64,000 bases of DNA, taken from contig JALWTS010000039.1 in NCBI GenBank assembly GCA_027077805.1, positions 21,877-85,876 of the forward strand, in the 5' to 3' direction. A program made the translations under genes and the position numbers. The notes under the pieces are model-generated. The model made no database searches, was not told where the DNA came from, and was given only the letters and a program-made list of their open reading frames with translations. This document shows positions 22,735-32,222 of this stretch, one piece after another (the first letter of the stretch is position 1; each line of letters starts with the position of its first letter). The DNA comes from Gammaproteobacteria bacterium. Its GTDB lineage: Bacteria; Pseudomonadota; Gammaproteobacteria; JABHGC01.

Positions 22735-23238
22735 TCATGCTCGATATTTTTGTTGTTTTTCTAATTTCTTACGAATGCGTTGCCGTTTTAAATTGGACAA
22801 ATAATCCACAAATAACTTCCCTTGCAAATGATCCATTTCATGTTGAATACATTGTGCCAATAAACCTTCCGTTTCTAATTCAAAGCGTTCACCTTGTTGA
22901 TTTAAGGCTTGTACTTTAATCCACTTATGACGAGTTATATCTTCAAAAACTCCTGGCACGGATAAACAACCTTCGGTTAACGTTTCCTCACCTTTAGATT
23001 CAATAATTTTGGCATTAATAAAACATAAAGGCTGGTTTTGCTTTTCAGAAATATCAATCACCAAAATTTGCTTATGTACATTCACTTGCGTTGCTGCCAA
23101 ACCAACACCAGGTGCGGCATACATAGTTTCAAACATATTATCAACGAATTGTTGAATGGATGAATTAACTGTCTCAACAGGTTTTGCTTTAATTCTCAAA
23201 CGCTGATCAGGAAAATGTAAAATATCTAATACTGCCAT
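22735..23238 (-). CDS. def: peptide deformylase
   Basis: [19 protein letters not shown] metal-binding motifs. Confidence 0.9.
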   Translation of the reverse strand: MAVLDILHFPDQRLRIKAKPVETVNSSIQQFVDNMFETMYAAPGVGLAATQVNVHKQILVIDISEKQNQPLCFINAKIIESKGEETLTEGCLSVPGVFEDITRHKWIKVQALNQQGERFELETEGLLAQCIQHEMDHLQGKLFVDYLSNLKRQRIRKKLEKQQKYRA

Positions 23239-23505
23239 TTTAATGCACTTTTTCTGCGACTAATATTACCATTTTAGCGTAAATTACTGGACTTGGCATT
23301 AGGGAATTTATGGAACCATCAAGCATAGATAATAAAACCTTAAGCAAGCTTTGCAACCTCTATTGTATCGACTCGATACTTAATTTAAACTTATAATTTA
23401 ACTTAATGTATAAATTAGGGTCAGAGTAAAATTTTTCGTTTGGCATTCGTTTATAAGCTACTGATTTTATTAAAAGTGAATAGCTTTACCCCAATATTAC
23501 CAACA

Positions 23506-24777
23506 TCAGCCCATCAAAACTTCTTCCTCCAAATAACTTGTTACCGTTTCAATCACTGAAGTATTAAAATCCTCAAAGGCCGTTTCATCATCATGCAAAA
23601 AAATACCCCATTCTTGCCAACTTAAGCCTTCAACATCAGCAACTACCATAAATACCGCATCATGTAAGGCAGAAAAATCGTCATAGTTGTGATATTCGGG
23701 TTTGAGTTTCAGTAACATTGAGGAATCTTCGCTTTCTTTTTTACGCACTAAAGCACCCCCATATAAAAATATTTTAAATATACAATTGATTTTATTTTTG
23801 CTTAGGGTAAGTGCTTCGATTTGTGTCGCCAGTTGTTGTTCCACTAATTGATTGATAATATCACCACGAGCTGTAAACTCATTGGTAGTTGTCAGTACGT
23901 CAAAAATAGCTTGTATGACCTGCTGTTGTAGTTCTGCTCCTAAAAACTGCATCCCTTGTTTTCGGATTTTAGCTAAAACACGATTGACTCTATGTTCAAA
24001 TGATAACATTACCTCACTATCATCGGCATGTTCAACCACAAGCTCCGCAATCACATCACTGCCTACGTCATCAGGGCTTAATTTAATGATCCCTTTTTCC
24101 TGAGCAGCTTTTAAAAATTTTCTAAACTGGGAAAAACCATAGTTAGACTCATCAAATGAAGAATCTAATTGTCGCATTGTGCTTTTAATTTGTGATCCCC
24201 TTAGTTCATGGCCTTCTTTTTCCATTAATATCAATGCTCTAGTTAATAAATCACAAGCGTTATGGACATCAGTCTCATTGACTTCCTGTTGTCCAATCAA
24301 GGTGGAGTAATAAATTAATTCATCACAATAGCCTTTTAATAACTCGCTGACGCTTTTTTTATCCCCAACAACAATGACATATTTATTATATTCCCGTAAC
24401 TTGGAAATCAAAGGGGTATAATCACTATCACCTGATACAACAACAATGGTATCAATATATTCTTTGGTAATCGCAACTTCTAGGGCATCAACCACTAATT
24501 TAATATCGGCAGAGTTTTTACCTCGCTTGCCATGTGAAGGTAATTCAGTTAATTCAATGGAATTTTCTAACATTTGACGTTTGTATTGGGCATAGCGTCC
24601 CCAATCAGCATAGGCTTTTTTAACAATCAAACGCCCTTTTTCTTTAAGTTTTTCGACTAAAATTTTGGCATTGAAAATATCAGGATTACCAAAATTCTCA
24701 AAATCAATAAAAACTGCAATATTACTTAACCCCATAAACCACCTATAATAATAAAAGCCAACATTTATATAAATCAT
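23506..24777 (-). CDS. NYN-domain (PIN-like RNase) protein with OST-HTH/LOTUS domain and a C-terminal extension of about 150 aa
   Basis: NYN/LabA-like core (IAVFIDFENF...VVVSGDSDYTPL...VIVVG), LOTUS-like segment (FDESNYGFSQFRKFLKAAQEKGII). The start may be the internal Met at about 24735. Confidence 0.65.
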   Translation of the reverse strand: MIYINVGFYYYRWFMGLSNIAVFIDFENFGNPDIFNAKILVEKLKEKGRLIVKKAYADWGRYAQYKRQMLENSIELTELPSHGKRGKNSADIKLVVDALEVAITKEYIDTIVVVSGDSDYTPLISKLREYNKYVIVVGDKKSVSELLKGYCDELIYYSTLIGQQEVNETDVHNACDLLTRALILMEKEGHELRGSQIKSTMRQLDSSFDESNYGFSQFRKFLKAAQEKGIIKLSPDDVGSDVIAELVVEHADDSEVMLSFEHRVNRVLAKIRKQGMQFLGAELQQQVIQAIFDVLTTTNEFTARGDIINQLVEQQLATQIEALTLSKNKINCIFKIFLYGGALVRKKESEDSSMLLKLKPEYHNYDDFSALHDAVFMVVADVEGLSWQEWGIFLHDDETAFEDFNTSVIETVTSYLEEEVLMG

Positions 24778-24948
24778 AGTCCTATCACAAAAAAATCCTA
24801 GCTTATTTACAAATAAAATAATTATTACATTGCGTTAAAATCTAGTAATTAACCAGTTGATAAACTAAAATTGACAGAAATAGGAATCTAGCTTTTCTTA
24901 ACAAAGGGGACTATGATCATTTCAATGCTATAGTGATAGGAATTTATT

Positions 24949-25983
24949 ATGATAACAAACAAAAAAACAATTATTCTTTATGTATTAATGGGGTTTTTCA
25001 TTAGCACTTGGGTTCATGCGGATGAAATTATGTTAAATCCAGATCATCCAACAACTTATACTGTTGTTAAAGGTGATACTTTATGGGATATCAGTGGTCG
25101 ATTTTTACAATATCCTTGGCAATGGCCAGATATTTGGCATTCGAATCCACAAATTGAAAATCCACATTTAATTTATCCTGGTGATGTGATTTCTTTAGAA
25201 ATTGTCGAAGGACAGCCACGTTTATACTTAGATAAACGTACTGTAAAACTAAGTCCTAAAGCTAGAATTACACCTTTAGATACGGCTATTCCAACTATTC
25301 CAATTGATGCAATCAAACAGTTTTTGGATCAACCATTAATTATTGAAGCGAATGATATGCCAAATCAACCCTATGTCGTTGGTTTTCCTAATAAACGCTT
25401 AATAGGTGGTGGACAAGAAAAATTTTATGTTAGATCAATTGAAACACAACCTGAAAATTTAAATTATTATATTTATCGTCAAGGCAAAACTTATAGAGAT
25501 CCTGACACCAATGAAATCTTAGGCTATGAAGCGATTTATATCGGTAATAGTAAACTAAAAAAATTGGGGGATCCTGCAACATTTATGGCTGTCAGTTCAG
25601 TGCAACAAATAGCCAAAGGTGATAGGGTAATGCCAGCATCTCAAGAAGAATTTCAGCAAGCATTTTACCCTAAAAAACCTAGTGAAGATATTTCAGGATA
25701 CATATTATCAGTACAAAATGGGGTTGCATTAGTAGGACAATATCAAATTGTTGCAATTAACAAAGGTTCTGCTGATGGCATGAGTGTTGGTACTGTTTTA
25801 GCAATTAGTCAACAAGGTGATACTATTTATGATGTGATTAAAGGGCATAGTAGTCAAGTAACACTACCTAACGAACGCAGTGGTTATATTATGATCTTCC
25901 GTACCTTTGACCGAATCAGTTATGCATTAGTGATGAATGCGACTAGCATTATCAGAACAGGTGATATTGTACATACACCCTAA
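24949..25983 (+). CDS. secreted LysM-domain peptidoglycan-binding protein, possibly TsaP-like (type IV pilus secretin-associated)
   Basis: Signal peptide, LysM (YTVVKGDTLWDISGRF...YPGDVISL), beta-rich C-terminal domains. Lies beside def-fmt-rsmB as tsaP does in Neisseria/Pseudomonas. Confidence 0.6.
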   Translation: MITNKKTIILYVLMGFFISTWVHADEIMLNPDHPTTYTVVKGDTLWDISGRFLQYPWQWPDIWHSNPQIENPHLIYPGDVISLEIVEGQPRLYLDKRTVKLSPKARITPLDTAIPTIPIDAIKQFLDQPLIIEANDMPNQPYVVGFPNKRLIGGGQEKFYVRSIETQPENLNYYIYRQGKTYRDPDTNEILGYEAIYIGNSKLKKLGDPATFMAVSSVQQIAKGDRVMPASQEEFQQAFYPKKPSEDISGYILSVQNGVALVGQYQIVAINKGSADGMSVGTVLAISQQGDTIYDVIKGHSSQVTLPNERSGYIMIFRTFDRISYALVMNATSIIRTGDIVHTP

Positions 25984-26006
25984 TCATAATTATAAGGCTT
26001 GGTATT

Positions 26007-26036
26007 GGCGGATATAGTGTTTATCCGCCTTTTTCA
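26007..26036 (+). terminator. rho-independent terminator after the LysM gene
   Basis: GGCGGATA-N7-TATCCGCC followed by TTTTT. Confidence 0.7.
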
Positions 26037-26046
26037 GTGCGGATTA

Positions 26047-26394
26047 TCAATCCCGAAATTCAGACACTCGAATTCGTCCATCTACCATTTTTGAGGAACG
26101 TTGCTCAAGTTTTGCCATTTTATTCCAAAAGGCTTGGTTTAAATCAAACTCTTTTGCAATCGCAGTTCCCATTAGCAAAATCAGTAAATCAGCGCATTCT
26201 TCAGCTAATAATTCAGTGCTTTTACCTTTAGTAACACAAGCAGAAATTTCACCCAATTCTTCTGCCATTAAGGCTACTCTATAGTTTAATTCTTCACCAC
26301 CATATTTTTTTAGTTGATGTTTATCATGAAAATTTTGTACTTCTGCTAACATTGTTTGGTAAGAATCTTGGTTCATTAAGTTCATTAAAAACAA
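26047..26394 (-). CDS. small MazG-like nucleoside triphosphate pyrophosphohydrolase
   Basis: EELGEISACV...AEECADLLILL, the MazG/dimeric-dUTPase-type EExxE/D motifs. 115 aa. Confidence 0.55.
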   Translation of the reverse strand: MFLMNLMNQDSYQTMLAEVQNFHDKHQLKKYGGEELNYRVALMAEELGEISACVTKGKSTELLAEECADLLILLMGTAIAKEFDLNQAFWNKMAKLEQRSSKMVDGRIRVSEFRD

Positions 26395-26400
26395 TCCTTA

Positions 26401-28476
26401 TTATAATTGTAGTTTAGAAATATCCGCTACTTGCAAAAATAATTGGCTCAATTGATTTAATAATGCTAAACGATTATTTTGTAATGCTGGATCATCTACC
26501 ATTACCATAACATTATCAAAAAATTGATTCACACTTGGTTTTAGTTGGGCTAATTTTGTTAATGCTTGGGTATAATCATGACTCGCTAAATCTGGCTGAA
26601 TGTCTTGTTGTAATTGTTGAATATGTTTGGCTAATGCTTGTTCATTATCGGATTGATATAATAATGCTTGCGGTGTAGAAGTATGAGTTTGTGGATTATT
26701 CGCTTTTTTCAAAATATTCCGAATCCGTTTATTAGCCGATGCTAAACTTCCCGCTTCAGCCATAGTTCGAAATTGCTGTACTGCCTGCAAACGTTGGGCA
26801 AATTCCAGTGGATAATGAGGTTGGCAACTAAATACGGCATCAAAACTATCATACGCAAAATTCTGCTCTAAATAATAGGATTTTAAACGTTCCATCATGT
26901 AGGAAAACACTTGTTGTGTTAATTTTATCGGTTCAGAAACTTTAAACAAGTGTTCAGCAATTAAATTAATCAATTGATATAAATCAATGGCTAAGTTTTG
27001 CTCAATACAAATTCTTAATACGCCTAAACTAGCACGACGTAAACCAAAGGGGTCTTTTTCTCCTGAAGGAATTTGTCCAATTGAAAAAATACCAACAATT
27101 GTATCTAATTTATCGGCAATAGATAAAATTTGTCCTGAAATACTATTAGGTAAGTCATCACCTGAAAAGCGAGGCTGGTATTGTTGTTCTAAAGCTATCG
27201 CTACTTCATTCGCTTCACCATTTTCTAGGGCGTAATATTTTCCCATTGTGCCTTGTAATTCAGGAAATTCACCTACCATTTCAGTGAGTAAATCTGTTTT
27301 AGCTAACCATCCCATAGCTTGAATATGTGCTAAATTTAAGCCCAATTGAGTTTGCATTGCCTCACAAATTGCGACTATTCTGGATGCTTTATCCCAAAGC
27401 GTACCGAGTTTCTGCTGAAATACCACTTGTTTTAAAGATTCAACTCGTTGTTTTAAAGGTTTTTTTAAATCTTGTTGCCAAAAAAATTCCGCATCGTTTA
27501 AACGAGGATGAATTACACGTTCATTGCCTGAACGCACAATATCAACTTGCTGACTTTCAATATTGCTAATGGTAATAAAATAAGGCAGTAATTTTTGTTG
27601 AGCATTAACCACTGGAAAATATTTTTGATGGGATTGCATTGAGGCAATTAAGACTTCTTTAGGTAAGGTCAAAAATTTCCTATCAAATTGACCTAAAATT
27701 GCCACGGGCCATTCAACTAAAGCGGTTACCTCATTCACTAAGTCTGGATTTAAAATTACCTGCCCCTGTACCGAATTTGCTAAAGCTTTTGCTTGTTCAA
27801 TAATCACTTGTTGGCGTTGTTCAAAATCAACAATCACTTTATTCGCATATAATTTATCAATATAATCATTAGGTAATGCTAATTCTATGGAGGCACTGGT
27901 ATGAAAACGATGACCTTGACTTAAATTGCTTGGTATGACATCTAAAATTGGCTGTTTAATGATATGCTTGCCAAATAATAAAACTACCCAATGAACAGGA
28001 CGAATAAACTCGGTATCCAAACTACCCCAACGCATACGCTTTGGGATCGGTAAACGTTGCAAACCTTTGGTAATAATGGCAGGTAATAATTCAATGCTTG
28101 CTTGTCCTGCTTGCGTTGATTGGAAATTTAACCATTGACCTTTATCCGTTTCTAAAGTGCTTAATTCCTCAATTGTTACTCCACAAGCGCGAGCGAAACC
28201 CAATGCCGCAGGCGTGGGCTGACCTTGCTCATTAAATGCGACTTTGTAAGCAGGACCTCTTTTTTGTATAACTTGATCAGCTTGGGCAATGTCTAAATCT
28301 TGAATTAGAAAACTTAAGCGTCGTGGTGTTGCAAAATATTGGGCGGTTTGATAATGTAACTTTGCTTGTCCTAAACCTGTTATTACTTCTTGTAATAATG
28401 CTTGTGATAGTTTTAATAATGCTTTCGGCGGTAATTCTTCTGTGCCAATTTCAAACAGTAAATGTTGAGTTTCCAT
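26401..28476 (-). CDS. glyS: glycine--tRNA ligase beta subunit
   Basis: Start at METQHLLFEIGTEELPPKAL (cf. E. coli MSEKTFLVEIGTEELPPKAL). About 690 aa, immediately downstream of glyQ. Confidence 0.9.
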   Translation of the reverse strand: METQHLLFEIGTEELPPKALLKLSQALLQEVITGLGQAKLHYQTAQYFATPRRLSFLIQDLDIAQADQVIQKRGPAYKVAFNEQGQPTPAALGFARACGVTIEELSTLETDKGQWLNFQSTQAGQASIELLPAIITKGLQRLPIPKRMRWGSLDTEFIRPVHWVVLLFGKHIIKQPILDVIPSNLSQGHRFHTSASIELALPNDYIDKLYANKVIVDFEQRQQVIIEQAKALANSVQGQVILNPDLVNEVTALVEWPVAILGQFDRKFLTLPKEVLIASMQSHQKYFPVVNAQQKLLPYFITISNIESQQVDIVRSGNERVIHPRLNDAEFFWQQDLKKPLKQRVESLKQVVFQQKLGTLWDKASRIVAICEAMQTQLGLNLAHIQAMGWLAKTDLLTEMVGEFPELQGTMGKYYALENGEANEVAIALEQQYQPRFSGDDLPNSISGQILSIADKLDTIVGIFSIGQIPSGEKDPFGLRRASLGVLRICIEQNLAIDLYQLINLIAEHLFKVSEPIKLTQQVFSYMMERLKSYYLEQNFAYDSFDAVFSCQPHYPLEFAQRLQAVQQFRTMAEAGSLASANKRIRNILKKANNPQTHTSTPQALLYQSDNEQALAKHIQQLQQDIQPDLASHDYTQALTKLAQLKPSVNQFFDNVMVMVDDPALQNNRLALLNQLSQLFLQVADISKLQL

Positions 28477-28481
28477 AGTAA

Positions 28482-29351
28482 CTAATCCTCCTGACACAAT
28501 GGAAAACCTAAGGTTTCACGACTTTGATAATAGGTTTTAGCAACCGCTTTAGCCAAAGCTCTTACTCTTAAAATAAAACCTTGTCTTTCGGTCACTGATA
28601 TCGCATGTCTAGCATCCAATAAATTAAAAATATGTGAGGCTTTTAATACGAATTCATAGGCAGGTAATGCCAATGATTTTTCAATCAAGAGCAAACTATT
28701 TTGTTCACATTGATCAAACCATGTAAATAACTGCTTAGTGTTGGCATATTCAAAATTATAAGTGGACAATTCCAATTCATTTTGATGAAAAATATCCCCA
28801 TAAGTTAGCGTACCTTGCAAACTATCCCCCCAGACTAAATCATAAACACTATTCACTTCTTGTAAATACATGGCAATTCTTTCCAAACCATAAGTAATTT
28901 CACCTGTGACTGGTTTACAATCTAAACCACCGACTTGTTGAAAATAAGTGAATTGAGTAATTTCCATACCATTTAACCATACTTCCCAACCCAAACCCCA
29001 TGCACCTAAGGTTGGCGATTCCCAATTATCTTCTACAAAGCGAATATCATGGACTAAAGGATCAATGCCTAAAATTTTTAATGACTCTAAATATAAGGTC
29101 TGAATTTCTAATGGCGAAGGTTTTAAAATCACCTGAAATTGGTAATAATGCTGGAGTCGGTTAGGATTATCACCATAGCGACCATCTGTTGGTCTACGCG
29201 AGGGTTGCACATAAGCCCCATTCCAAGGTTCAGGACCAATTGCTCGTAAAAATGTAGCAGGATGAAAAGTTCCTGCTCCAACCTCCATATCATAAGATTG
29301 CAATAATAAACAACCTTGCTTTGCCCAATAATCTTGTAAAGCCATAATCAT
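28482..29351 (-). CDS. glyQ: glycine--tRNA ligase alpha subunit
   Basis: [14 protein letters not shown]...[11 protein letters not shown]...[25 protein letters not shown], near-identical to E. coli GlyQ. The ORF-track N-terminal extension of 96 aa is not supported. Confidence 0.9.
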   Translation of the reverse strand: MIMALQDYWAKQGCLLLQSYDMEVGAGTFHPATFLRAIGPEPWNGAYVQPSRRPTDGRYGDNPNRLQHYYQFQVILKPSPLEIQTLYLESLKILGIDPLVHDIRFVEDNWESPTLGAWGLGWEVWLNGMEITQFTYFQQVGGLDCKPVTGEITYGLERIAMYLQEVNSVYDLVWGDSLQGTLTYGDIFHQNELELSTYNFEYANTKQLFTWFDQCEQNSLLLIEKSLALPAYEFVLKASHIFNLLDARHAISVTERQGFILRVRALAKAVAKTYYQSRETLGFPLCQED

Positions 29352-29414
29352 GCCTTGAAACGTCAAAATATTATATTTTTGTTCCAACTTTCTATCCTTG
29401 CCACAGAAAAAGCT

Positions 29415-29510
29415 CACTTTATCCAAAATCACTAGATTTATCAAGCAATCTATCCAGTTTTTAGTTACCCATAAATGGATAACCGGTACAATGTTTATCC
29501 ATAAACAGAT
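29415..29510. promoter_or_regulatory. cluster of DnaA-box/iteron-like 9-11-mers (TTATCCAWWWA x3, plus a weaker TATCCAG)
   Basis: TTATCCAAA 29419-29427(+), TTATCCATT on the minus strand over 29474-29482, TTATCCATA 29495-29503(+). Each matches 7/9 to TTATNCACA. Lies between divergent glyQ and the wHTH gene. Confidence 0.4.
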
Positions 29511-29705
29511 AATCTTTGTATTGTTAAACAAAATATTGTAATGTAAACAATGGTAATGACATTTAAATTTAAGTTTGATAGAATTGGAATTCATTTGACG
29601 ATATTTATTATTTATCAACTGCTCTTGAGCTAATAACATTGGCGATAGGAAGCAACCGCGTAAGCGTTGATATTAACTTAAGAATTTTGAATAAAGGAGT
29701 TAACA

Positions 29706-31694
29706 ATGTCAGGTATGGCAATGGAAGTTTTTCGTAGTGTGAAAAACCGAGAACATCCGTATGCAAGAATCAGTGCAAAAACCATTGATGATAAATCTTT
29801 AACGCCAACAGCATTTAGAATCTTGAGTTATTTATTAAATCGACCGAAAGATTGGGTGTTAAATATTCATGATTTATGTAATAAACTCTGTTTGGGACGT
29901 TCTGCCGTTTACAATGGTTTAAAAGTATTGCGACGTTTGGGTTATTTATTATGTAAAGCGGTACGTAATCGTAAGGGTCAATACAGCAAATGGGTTTATA
30001 TTGTATATGAAGAGGCGAATTTTGTAGCGGCTAAGTTTTTTGTTGAGCAAAATAAACGTAAATCAGATAAATCAGATAATAGTATGAGTGCAGATGCCAC
30101 TTCTGATTTATTTTCTGATGAAACATTTATTAAAAATGAAATAGAAACCTTAAAACAGAAATTAGTGGAGAAGGAACAAGAATTGACTGAAAATGTTGAT
30201 TTGGATGCTCACGCCGATGTTGATGCTGATGTTGACGTTGATATCGACGTTGATGTTGATGCTGATGCTAACCAATATCTGAATCAAACCTCTCAACATG
30301 ATTCATCCGAATCAAAGTTGACAGTTAAACATCCTATTACACCTCCAAAAGTTGCGCTTTCCAGAGAACAAGAGTTAGAAGAACTTCTACAAAAAAAGGA
30401 AGTTGAACTAGTAATTTTGAGAAAGCGACATGAGCTAATTGAACAACGGCAACAAGAACAGCAACAACGGCAACCATTACCAGAACCAAGCCAGAATCGG
30501 CATTATGGTAGTAGAACGTCTCAGCCTCAATCTATTGGTGCTGTTCTTGGCAATTTTATGGAGAAAGCAATGTCAGAGATGACAGAACCCACTCCAGCTA
30601 AACAAGTTACTGAGAAACATCATCAATCTACGCCTAAAAAGCCTAATGTTGATTTAAGCCATTTGAACTTAATTTATCATGAGGAATTAGAGCCATATCG
30701 TGATGCAATGGAGCCGAAATTGGCTGAGATAGAAGAGAATGCTCAAGATGTGTTAGATGCAATTGCGACTGCGATTGAAAATAAAAATCCTATTGCTAAT
30801 ATGTTTGGTTATTTTCAAGCAATTGTACGTTCAGTTAAGCAAAATCGCTTTGTGAAAACTAAGGTTATTGAGGATTACCAATTAAAGCGTCAAATGGCTC
30901 AAGCATCCCAGAGCGATCAAATGGTGGCAGGTACAAGTGTTGATAATAGCAATGTTGAAATGGCGATAACCTCGGAGTCTAGCAAAACCGCTAAAAAAGC
31001 GACAAAGACAAAGACAAAAACAAAAAAATCAGCCATATCGAAAGAATCACCAGAACCAATAGAAGCAGGAACGTTTGCTGAAAAAGAAGAAGTTCTGCAT
31101 TCCCCTTATCCTGATGCACCTGCACAATTGGCTCGATATATTGAAAGCAAGCTCGAACGGCCTTTGGGATTTGCTAAATTTGATGAAGAATTTCGATGTA
31201 TTAGTGAAGAGAGGCGTAAAGTATTAGAAGAACAAAGAGCATTATTGCGATTACAATTTCATATTGCGATTTTTAATAGTCTATCGGGAGATGAACAACC
31301 TGAGCAAATTAAGATATTGCACTATTATGCTCATCATACCCCTGAGAAAGTTAGCACGCCTGCAACTGCCCAAGAACGTATTGATAGGTGTCCAATTTGT
31401 GATAGTAAAGGTTATTATCGTATATTTGATACTAAATCGATGAGTGATAGGAGAGTGTTGTGCTGTCATTATCCGAAGCAGATATTGGAGGATAAGAATC
31501 GCAAAAATTGGTTGTTTTATGCGGATTTAGTCCAACGTATTCAGCAAAAATGCAATCGAGATAGTGTGGGTTTAGAAGATATTCAATTTTATTTAACAAA
31601 TGAAATGGTTTTAGAAGAAGATATGTTTTTGACCATGGATGAGATTCTTGAAAAATATAGAGTTCCAAAACCCATTCCTAGGAGGTTTCGGTAA
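29706..31694 (+). CDS. orphan 662-aa protein: N-terminal winged-HTH (replication-initiator / HTH_36-like), acidic (DV)n repeat, coiled-coil/poly-Q, KT-rich segment, C-terminal Cys cluster
   Basis: Strong RBS AAAGGAG 7 nt upstream of the ATG. N-terminus PYARISAKTIDDKSLTPTAFRILSYLL...WVLNIHDLCNKLCLGRSAVYNGLKVLRRLGYL follows the Rep/DnaD-type wHTH pattern. C-terminus has CPICDSKGYY...RVLCCHYP. A coding function is likely; the biochemical role is unknown. Confidence 0.5.
   Translation: MSGMAMEVFRSVKNREHPYARISAKTIDDKSLTPTAFRILSYLLNRPKDWVLNIHDLCNKLCLGRSAVYNGLKVLRRLGYLLCKAVRNRKGQYSKWVYIVYEEANFVAAKFFVEQNKRKSDKSDNSMSADATSDLFSDETFIKNEIETLKQKLVEKEQELTENVDLDAHADVDADVDVDIDVDVDADANQYLNQTSQHDSSESKLTVKHPITPPKVALSREQELEELLQKKEVELVILRKRHELIEQRQQEQQQRQPLPEPSQNRHYGSRTSQPQSIGAVLGNFMEKAMSEMTEPTPAKQVTEKHHQSTPKKPNVDLSHLNLIYHEELEPYRDAMEPKLAEIEENAQDVLDAIATAIENKNPIANMFGYFQAIVRSVKQNRFVKTKVIEDYQLKRQMAQASQSDQMVAGTSVDNSNVEMAITSESSKTAKKATKTKTKTKKSAISKESPEPIEAGTFAEKEEVLHSPYPDAPAQLARYIESKLERPLGFAKFDEEFRCISEERRKVLEEQRALLRLQFHIAIFNSLSGDEQPEQIKILHYYAHHTPEKVSTPATAQERIDRCPICDSKGYYRIFDTKSMSDRRVLCCHYPKQILEDKNRKNWLFYADLVQRIQQKCNRDSVGLEDIQFYLTNEMVLEEDMFLTMDEILEKYRVPKPIPRRFR
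30204..30269 (+). repeat. in-frame tandem hexanucleotide repeat (GATGYT/GACGTT) x11 encoding (D-A/V)n
   Basis: Read directly: gatgct cacgcc gatgtt gatgct gatgtt gacgtt gatatc gacgtt gatgtt gatgct gatgct. Confidence 0.85.
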
Positions 31695-31769
31695 GTGGTG
31701 GTAGAGCGAGATGAATGGATATGCAGGCGAATTAGAATGTGATGGTGCAACACTTTTTTGAACAAAAAA

Positions 31770-32222
31770 TTATGCGGATTGTAAAAGTTTTTCATAAGCC
31801 ATTAGTGATAAATATCCTAAAGTGGAATGCTTACGAAATCGATTGTGATAAACTTCAATGTATTGAAATAGAGTGGTTTTAGCCTGTTCCTAAATATGAG
31901 TGTTATACTTGGACGTGATTGGTTATGCTTTGTTGAGTTAAGTCATTTGCTTCCCATTGTTTCCGTTGATGGCACTTTCGTCCTGCAACTGGAATCTTTG
32001 TTGAGCAGCTCCAACCGTTGGCTTTCAGTCTGTTTTAATAAGTTGAGTCCAGTAGCATTTACATGGTGTAAATGGGTATTTCTATCATATGAGTGCCTTA
32101 GACAATATGTCTTTTGTCCGGGCATTCATTCTACGATTAAAATTTTTCCACTGTTGTTGGCTGGAAAACGATTGATTCAAATCTTCGGCAACCGCTGATC
32201 CTATTTTATCCACAATGCGATG
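31770..32222 (-). pseudogene. IS3-family transposase (OrfB integrase-core) C-terminal remnant, interrupted by stops
   Basis: Minus-strand translation ending at 31770 reads EQAKTTLFQYIEVYHNRFRKHSTLGYLSLMAYEKLLQSA*, the IS3 OrfB C-terminal signature, preceded by an in-frame stop. A further upstream fragment reads DKIGSAVAEDLNQSFSS (cf. DNAVAESFF). Confidence 0.5.

Noticed and set aside
29415-29510. Possibility that the DnaA-box-like cluster marks the chromosomal oriC
   Set aside because: No dnaA, dnaN, mnmG or mioC context. The boxes each match the consensus at only 7/9, and there is no AT-rich 13-mer array. A vestigial element origin or regulatory site is more plausible.
29352-29639. N-terminal 96-aa extension of the glyQ ORF
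   Set aside because: GlyQ homology begins at MIMALQDYW (ATG at 29351). The extension has no similarity and runs through the promoter/iteron region.
31281-32198. Small ORFs 31281-31469, 31432-31668, 31589-31795, 31896-32198 and 31943-32125 around the orphan gene's 3' end
   Set aside because: They overlap the 662-aa gene on the opposite strand or lie within the IS3 debris. They are best explained as frame fragments of the degraded transposase, not functional genes.
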